A stretch of DNA of 64,000 nt from Eledone cirrhosa (lineage: Eukaryota), in the NCBI GenBank assembly GCA_964016885.1, contig OZ024759.1, positions 124,001 to 188,000 of the forward strand, read 5' to 3'. Made by a program: the position numbers and the translations under genes. Shown in pieces: positions 55,201 through 64,000 of the stretch; position 1 is the stretch's first letter, and each line of letters begins with the position of its first letter. Under the pieces are notes generated by a model that was not told the DNA's origin, did not search any database, and saw only the letters and a program-made list of their open reading frames with translations.

Positions 55201-58200
55201 GTAACATGACACAGTCTATATTAGTAGCATGACAAAGTCTATATTAGTAACATGACACAGTCTATATTAGTAACATGACAAAGTCTATATTAGTAACATG
55301 ACAGTCTATATTAGTAACATGACAGTCAATGTTAGTAGCATGACAAAGTCTATATTAGTAACATGACACAGTCTATATTAGTAACATGACAGTCTATATT
55401 AGTAACATGACAAAGTCTATATTAGTAGCATGACAAAGTCTATATTAGTAACATGACACAGTCTATATTAGTAACATGACAAAGTCTATATTAGTAGCAT
55501 GACAAAGTCTATATTAGTAACATGACAAAGTCTATATTAGTAACATGACAAAGTCTATATTAGTAACATGACAGACTATATTAGTAACATGACAGTCCAT
55601 ATTAGTAGCATGACAAAGTCTATATTAGTAACATGACAAAGTCTATATTAGTAACATGACACAGTCTATATTAGTAACATGACACAGTCTATATTAGTAA
55701 CATGACACAGTCTATATTAGTAACATGACAAAGTCTATATTAGTAACATGACAGTCTATATTAGTAGCATGACAAAGTCTATATTAGTAACATGACAAAG
55801 TCTATATTAGTAACATGACAAAGTCTATATTAGTAACATGACAGTCTATATTAGTAGCATGACAAAGTCTATATTAGTAACATGACAAAGTCTATATTAG
55901 TAACATGACAAAGTCTATATTAGTAACATGACAGTCTATATTAGTAACATGACAGTCCATATTAGTAGCATGACAAAGTCTATATTAGTAACATGACAAA
56001 GTCTATATTAGTAACATGACACAGTCTATATTAGTAACATGACACAGTCTATATTAGTAACATGACACAGTCTATATTAGTAACATGGCAAAGTCTAAAT
56101 TAGTAACATGACACAGTCTATATTAGTAACATGACAAAGTCTATATTAGTAACATAACATAGACTATATTAGTAACATGACAAAGTCTATATTAGTAACA
56201 TGACAGTCTATATTAGTAACATGACAAAGTCTATATTAGCAACATGACACAGTCTATATTAGTAACATGACAAAGTCTCTATTAGTAACATGACAAAGTC
56301 TATATTAGTAACATGACAAAGTCTATATTAGTAACATGACAGTCTATATTAGTAACATGACAAAGTCTATATTAGTAACATGACAAAGTCTATATTAGTA
56401 ACATGACAGTCTATATTAGTAACATGACACAGTCTATATTAGTAACATGACACGGTCTATATTAGAAACATGACAAAGTCTATATTAGTAACATGACACA
56501 GTCTATATTATTAACATGACAAAGTCTATATTAGTAACATGACACAGTCTATATTAGTAACATGACATAGTCTATATTAGTAACATGACATAGTCTATAT
56601 TAGTAGCATGACAAAGTCTATATTAGTAACATGACAAAGTCTATATTAGTAACATGACACAGTCTATATTAGTAACATGAGAAAGTCTATATTAGTAACA
56701 TGACACAGTCTATATTAGTAACATGACAAAGTCTATATTAGTAACATGACACAGTCTATATTAGTAACATGACACAGTCTATATTAGTAACATGACAAAG
56801 TCTATATTAGTAGCATGACAAAGTCTATATTAGTAACATGACAAAGTCTATATTAGTAACATGACACAGTCTATATTAGTAACATGACAAAGTCTATATT
56901 AGTAACATGACAGTCTATATTAGTAACATGACAGTCTATATTAGTAACATGACAAAGTCTATATTAGTAACATGACAAGGTCTATATTAGTAACATGACA
57001 AAGTCTATATTAGTAACATGACAAAGTCTATATTAGTAACATGGCAATGTCTATATTAGTAACATGACAAAGTCTATATTAGTAACATGGCAAAGTCTAA
57101 ATTAGTAACATGACAAAGTCTATATTAGTAACATGTCAAGGTCTATATTAGTAACATGACAAAGTCTATATTAGTAACATGACAAAGTCTATATTAGTAA
57201 CATGACAGTCTATATTAGTAACATGACAAAGTCTATATTAGTAACATGACACAGTCTATATTAGTAGCATGACAAAGTCTATATTAGTAACATGACACAG
57301 TCTATATTAGTAACATGACAAAGTCTGTATTAGTAACATGACAGTCTATATTAGTAACATGATAGTCTATATTAGTAGCATGACAAAGTCTATATTAGTA
57401 ACATGACTGTCTATATTAGTAACATGACAAAGTCTATATTAGTAACATGACAAAGTCTATATTAGTAACATGACAGTCTATATTAGTAACATGACACAGT
57501 CTATATTAGTAACATGACACGGTCTATGTTAGTAACATGACAAAGTCTATATTAGTAACATGACACAGTCTATATTATTAACATGACAAAGTCTATATTA
57601 GTAACATGACACAGTCTATATTAGTAACATGACATAGTCTATATTAGTAACATGACATAGTCTATATTAGTAGCATGACAGTCCATATTAGTAGCATGAC
57701 AAAGTCTATATTAGTAACATGACAAAGTCTATATTAGTAACATGACACAGTCTATATTAGTAACATGACAGTCTATATTAGTAACATGACACAGTCTATA
57801 TTAGTAACATGACACGGTCTATATTCGTAACATGACAAAGTCTATATTAGTAACATGACACAGTCTATATTATTAACATGACAAAGTCTATATTAGTAAC
57901 ATGACACAGTCTATATTAGTAACATGACACAGTCTATATTAGTAACATGAGAAAGTCTATATTAGTAACATGACACAGTCTATATTAGTAACATGACAAA
58001 GTCTATATTAGTAACATGACACAGTCTATATTAGTAACATGACACAGTCTATATTAGTAACATGACAAAGTCTATATTAGTAGCATGACAAAGTCTATAT
58101 TAGTAACATGACAAAGTCTATATTAGTAACATGACATAGACTATATTAGTAACATGACAAAGTCTATATTAGTAACATGACAGTCTATATTAGTAACATG

Positions 58201-61200
58201 ACAAAGTCTATATTAGCAACATGACACAGTCTATATTAGTAACATGACAAAGTCTCTATTAGTAACATGACAAAGTCTATATTAGTAACATGACAAAGTC
58301 TATATTAGTAACATGACAGTCTATATTAGTAACATGACAAAGTCTATATTAGTAACATGACAAAGTCTCTATTAGTAACATGACAATGTATATATTAGTA
58401 ACATGACAGTCTATATTAGTAACATGACAAAGACTCTATTAGTAACATGACAAAGTCTATATTAGTAACATGACAGTCTATATTAGTAACATGACAAAGT
58501 CTATATCAGTAACATGACAGTCTATATTGTAACATGACACAGTCTATATTTGTAACATGACACAGTCTATATTAGTAACATGACAAAGTCTATATTAGTA
58601 ACATGACAGTCTATATTAGTAACATGACAAAGTCTATATTAGTAACATGACAAAGTCTATATTAGTAACATGACAAAGTCTATATTAGTAACATTACAGA
58701 CTATATTAGTAACATGACACAGTCTATATTAGTAACATGACAAAGTCTATATTAGTAGCATGACAAAGTCTATATTAGTAACATGACATAGACTATATTA
58801 GTAACATGACAAAGTCTATATTAGTAACATGACAGTCTATATTAGTAACATGACAAAGTCTATATTAGCAACATGACACAGTCTATATTAGTAACATGAC
58901 AAAGTCTCTATTAGTAACATGACAAAGTCTATATTAGTAACATGACAAAGTCTATATTAGTAACATGACAGTCTATATTAGTAACATGACAAAGTCTATA
59001 TTAGTAACATGACAAAGTCTATATTAGTAACATGACAGTCTATATTAGTAACATGACACAGTCTATATTAGTAACATGACACGGTCTATATTCGTAACAT
59101 GACAAAGTCTATATTAGTAACATGACACAGTCTATATTATTAACATGACAAAGTCTATATTAGTAACATGACACAGTCTATATTAGTAACATGACATAGT
59201 CTATATTAGTAACATGACATAGTCTATATTAGTAGCATGACAAAGTCTATATTAGTAACATGACAAAGTCTATATTAGTAACATGACACAGTCTATATTA
59301 GTAACATGAGAAAGTCTATATTAGTAACATGACACAGTCTATATTAGTAACATGACAAAGTCTATATTAGTAACATGACACAGTCTATATTAGTAACATG
59401 ACACAGTCTATATTAGTAACATGACAAAGTCTATATTAGTAGCATGACAAAGTCTATATTAGTAACATGACAAAGTCTATATTAGTAACATGACACAGTC
59501 TATATTAGTAACATGACAAAGTCTATATTAGTAACATGACAGTCTATATTAGTAACATGACAGTCTATATTTATTAACATGACAAAGTCTATATTAGTAA
59601 CATGACAAGGTCTATATTAGTAACATGACAAAGTCTATATTAGTAACATGACAAAGTCTATATTAGTAACATGGCAATGTCTATATTAGTAACATGACAA
59701 AGTCTATATTAGTAACATGGCAAAGTCTAAATTAGTAACATGACAAAGTCTATATTAGTAACATGTCAAGGTCTATATTAGTAACATGACAAAGTCTATA
59801 TTAGTAACATGACAAAGTCTATATTAGTAACATGACAGTCTATATTAGTAACATGACAAAATCTATATTAGTAACATGACACAGTCTATATTAGTAGCAT
59901 GACAAAGTCTATATTAGTAACATGACACAGTCTATATTAGTAACATGACAAAGTCTATATTAGTAACATGACAGTCTATATTAGTAACATGACAGTCTAT
60001 GTTAGTAGCATGACAAAGTCTATATTAGTAACATGACACAGTCTATATTAGTAACATGACAGTCTATATTAGTAACATGACAAAGTCTATATTAGTAGCA
60101 TGACAAAGTCTATATTAGTAACATGACACAGTCTATATTAGTAACATGACAAAGTCTATATTAGTAGCATGACAAAGTCTATATTAGTAACATGACAAAG
60201 TCTATATTAGTAACATGACAAAGTCTATATTAGTAACATGACAGACTATATTAGTAACATGACAGTCCATATTAGTAGCATGACAAAGTCTATATTAGTA
60301 ACATGACAAAGTCTATATTAGTAACATGACACAGTCTATATTAGTAACATGACACAGTCTATATTAGTAACATGACACAGTCTATATTAGTAACATGACA
60401 AAGTCTATATTAGTAACATGACAGTCTATATTAGTAGCATGACAAAGTCTATATTAGTAACATGACAAAGTCTATATTAGTAACATGACAAAGTCTATAT
60501 TAGTAACATGACAGTCTATATTAGTAGCATGACAAAGTCTATATTAGTAACATGACAAAGTCTATATTAGTAACATGACAAAGTCTATATTAGTAACATG
60601 ACAGTCTATATTAGTAACATGACAGTCCATATTAGTAGCATGACAAAGTCTATATTAGTAACATGACAAAGTCTATATTAGTAACATGACACAGTCTATA
60701 TTAGTAACATGACACAGTCTATATTAGTAACATGACACAGTCTATATTAGTAACATGGCAAAGTCTAAATTAGTAACATGACACAGTCTATATTAGTAAC
60801 ATGACAAAGTCTATATTAGTAACATAACATAGACTATATTAGTAACATGACAAAGTCTATATTAGTAACATGACAGTCTATATTAGTAACATGACAAAGT
60901 CTATATTAGCAACATGACACAGTCTATATTAGTAACATGACAAAGTCTCTATTAGTAACATGACAAAGTCTATATTAGTAACATGACAAAGTCTATATTA
61001 GTAACATGACAGTCTATATTAGTAACATGACAAAGTCTATATTAGTAACATGACAAAGTCTATATTAGTAACATGACAGTCTATATTAGTAACATGACAC
61101 AGTCTATATTAGTAACATGACACGGTCTATATTAGAAACATGACAAAGTCTATATTAGTAACATGACACAGTCTATATTATTAACATGACAAAGTCTATA

Positions 61201-64000
61201 TTAGTAACATGACACAGTCTATATTAGTAACATGACATAGTCTATATTAGTAACATGACATAGTCTATATTAGTAGCATGACAAAGTCTATATTAGTAAC
61301 ATGACAAAGTCTATATTAGTAACATGACACAGTCTATATTAGTAACATGAGAAAGTCTATATTAGTAACATGACACAGTCTATATTAGTAACATGACAAA
61401 GTCTATATTAGTAACATGACACAGTCTATATTAGTAACATGACACAGTCTATATTAGTAACATGACAAAGTCTATATTAGTAGCATGACAAAGTCTATAT
61501 TAGTAACATGACAAAGTCTATATTAGTAACATGACACAGTCTATATTAGTAACATGACAAAGTCTATATTAGTAACATGACAGTCTATATTAGTAACATG
61601 ACAGTCTATATTAGTAACATGACAAAGTCTATATTAGTAACATGACAAGGTCTATATTAGTAACATGACAAAGTCTATATTAGTAACATGACAAAGTCTA
61701 TATTAGTAACATGGCAATGTCTATATTAGTAACATGACAAAGTCTATATTAGTAACATGGCAAAGTCTAAATTAGTAACATGACAAAGTCTATATTAGTA
61801 ACATGTCAAGGTCTATATTAGTAACATGACAAAGTCTATATTAGTAACATGACAAAGTCTATATTAGTAACATGACAGTCTATATTAGTAACATGACAAA
61901 GTCTATATTAGTAACATGACACAGTCTATATTAGTAGCATGACAAAGTCTATATTAGTAACATGACACAGTCTATATTAGTAACATGACAAAGTCTGTAT
62001 TAGTAACATGACAGTCTATATTAGTAACATGATAGTCTATATTAGTAGCATGACAAAGTCTATATTAGTAACATGACACAGTCTATATTAGTAACATGAC
62101 AGTCTATATTAGTAACATGACAAAGTCTATATTAGTAGCATGACAAAGTCTATATTAGTAACATGACAAAGTCTATATTAGTAACATGACAAAGTCTATA
62201 TTAGTAACATGACAGTCTATATTAGTAACATGACAGTCCATATTAGTAGCATGACAAAGTCTATATTAGTAACATGACAAAGTCTATATTAGTAACATGA
62301 CACAGTCTATATTAGTAACATGACAAAGTCTATATTAGTAACATGACAGTCTATATTAGTAACATGACAAAGTCTATATTAGTAACATGACAAAGTCTAT
62401 ATTAGTAACATGACAGTCTATATTAGTAACATGACAAAGTCTATATTAGTAACATGACAAAGTCTATATTAGTAACATGACACAGTCTATATTAGTAACA
62501 TGACAAAGTCTATATTAGTAACATGACAGTCTATATTAGTAACATGACAAAGTCTATATTAGTAACATGACAGTCTATATTGTAACATGACACAGTCTAT
62601 ATTTGTAACATGACACAGTCTATATTAGTAACATGACAAAGTCTATATTAGTAACATGACAGTCTATATTAGTAACATGACAAAGTCTATATTAGTAACA
62701 TGACAAAGTCTATATTAGTAACATGACAAAGTCTATATTAGTAACATTACAGACTATATTAGTAACATGACACAGTCTATATTAGTAACATGACAAAGTC
62801 TATATTAGTAACATGACATAGACTATATTAGTAACATGACAAAGTCTATATTAGTAACATTACAGTCTATATTAGTAACATGACAAAGTCTATATTAGCA
62901 ACATGACACAGTCTATATTAGTAACATGACAAAGTCTCTATTAGTAACATGACAAAGTCTATATTAGTAACATGACAAAGTCTATATTAGTTACATGACA
63001 GTCTATATTAGTAACATGACAAAGTCTATATTAGTAACATGACAAAGTCTATATTAGTAACATGACAGTCTATATTAGTAACATGACACAGTCTATATTA
63101 GTAACATGACACGGTCTATATTAGTAACATGACAAAGTCTATATTAGTAACATGACACAGTCTATATTATTAACATGACAAAGTCTATATTAGTAACATG
63201 ACACAGTCTATATTAGTAACATGACATAGTCTATATTAGTAACATGACATAGTCTATATTAGTAGCATGACAAAGTCTATATTAGTAACATGACAAAGTC
63301 TATATTAGTAACATGACACAGTCTATATTAGTAACATGACAAAGTCTATATTAGTAACATGACACAGTCTATATTAGTAATATGACAAAGTCTATATTAG
63401 TAACATGACACAGTCTATATTAGTAACATGACACAGTCTATATTAGTAACATGACAAAGTCTATATTAGTAGCATGACAAAGTCTATATTAGTAAGATGA
63501 CAAAGTCTATATTAGTAACATGACAAAGTCTATATTAGTAACATGACAGTCTATATTAGTAACATGACACAGTCTATATTAGTAACATGACAAAGTCTAT
63601 ATTAGTAGCATGACAAAGTCTATATTAGTAAGATGACAAAGTCTATATTAGTAACATGACAAAGTCTATATTAGTAACATGACAGTCTATATTAGTAACA
63701 TGACAAAGTCTATATTAGTAACATGACAGTCTATATTAGAAACATGACAGTCTATATTAGTAACATGACAAAGTCTATATTAGTAACATGACAAGGTCTA
63801 TATTAGTAACATGACAAAGTCTATATTAGTAACATGACAAAGTCTATATTAGTAACATGGCAATGTCTATATTCGTAACATGACAAAGTCTATATTAGTA
63901 ACATGGCAAAGTCTAAATTAGTAACATGACAAAGTCTATATTAGTAACATGTCAAGGTCTATATTAGTAACATGACAAAGTCTATATTAGTAACATGACA
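31257..64000. repeat. Giant 23/21-bp satellite (GTCTATATTAGTAACATGAC + AAA/ACA/A), >32 kb, roughly 1400+ units, runs off the right edge
   Basis: Uninterrupted tandem array; no ORF of 60 aa or more in the track; higher-order duplications visible from rare variants. Confidence 0.99.

Noticed and set aside
31257-64000. CRISPR-like array (constant core with dyad ends plus variable part)
   Set aside because: Variable part is only 1-3 nt and recurrent, there are no unique spacers or cas genes, and the context is eukaryotic

Overview
Eukaryotic, repeat-dense genomic DNA. The SINE/LINE repertoire suggests a cephalopod (Octopus-like) genome; this is an inference from recalled repeat families. Six + strand exons (6651-21624) have canonical GT-AG sites and matching phases, and they encode an N-terminal part of SPAG17/PF6, the axonemal central-pair protein. 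Introns and flanks hold at least seven different tandem arrays (15, 51, 3, 31, 5, 60/72 and 21/23 bp units), RTE-clade LINEs with (GAT)n tails, tRNA-derived SINEs, MITE-like pieces and an almost full-length, inactivated Tx1/L1-clade LINE inside a satellite. From 31.26 kb to the window end is one >32 kb 23/21-bp satellite with nested higher-order duplications (8463 bp, 4670 bp, about 2 kb). Most ORFs in the supplied track are repeat artefacts. No prokaryotic system (CRISPR etc.) is present.
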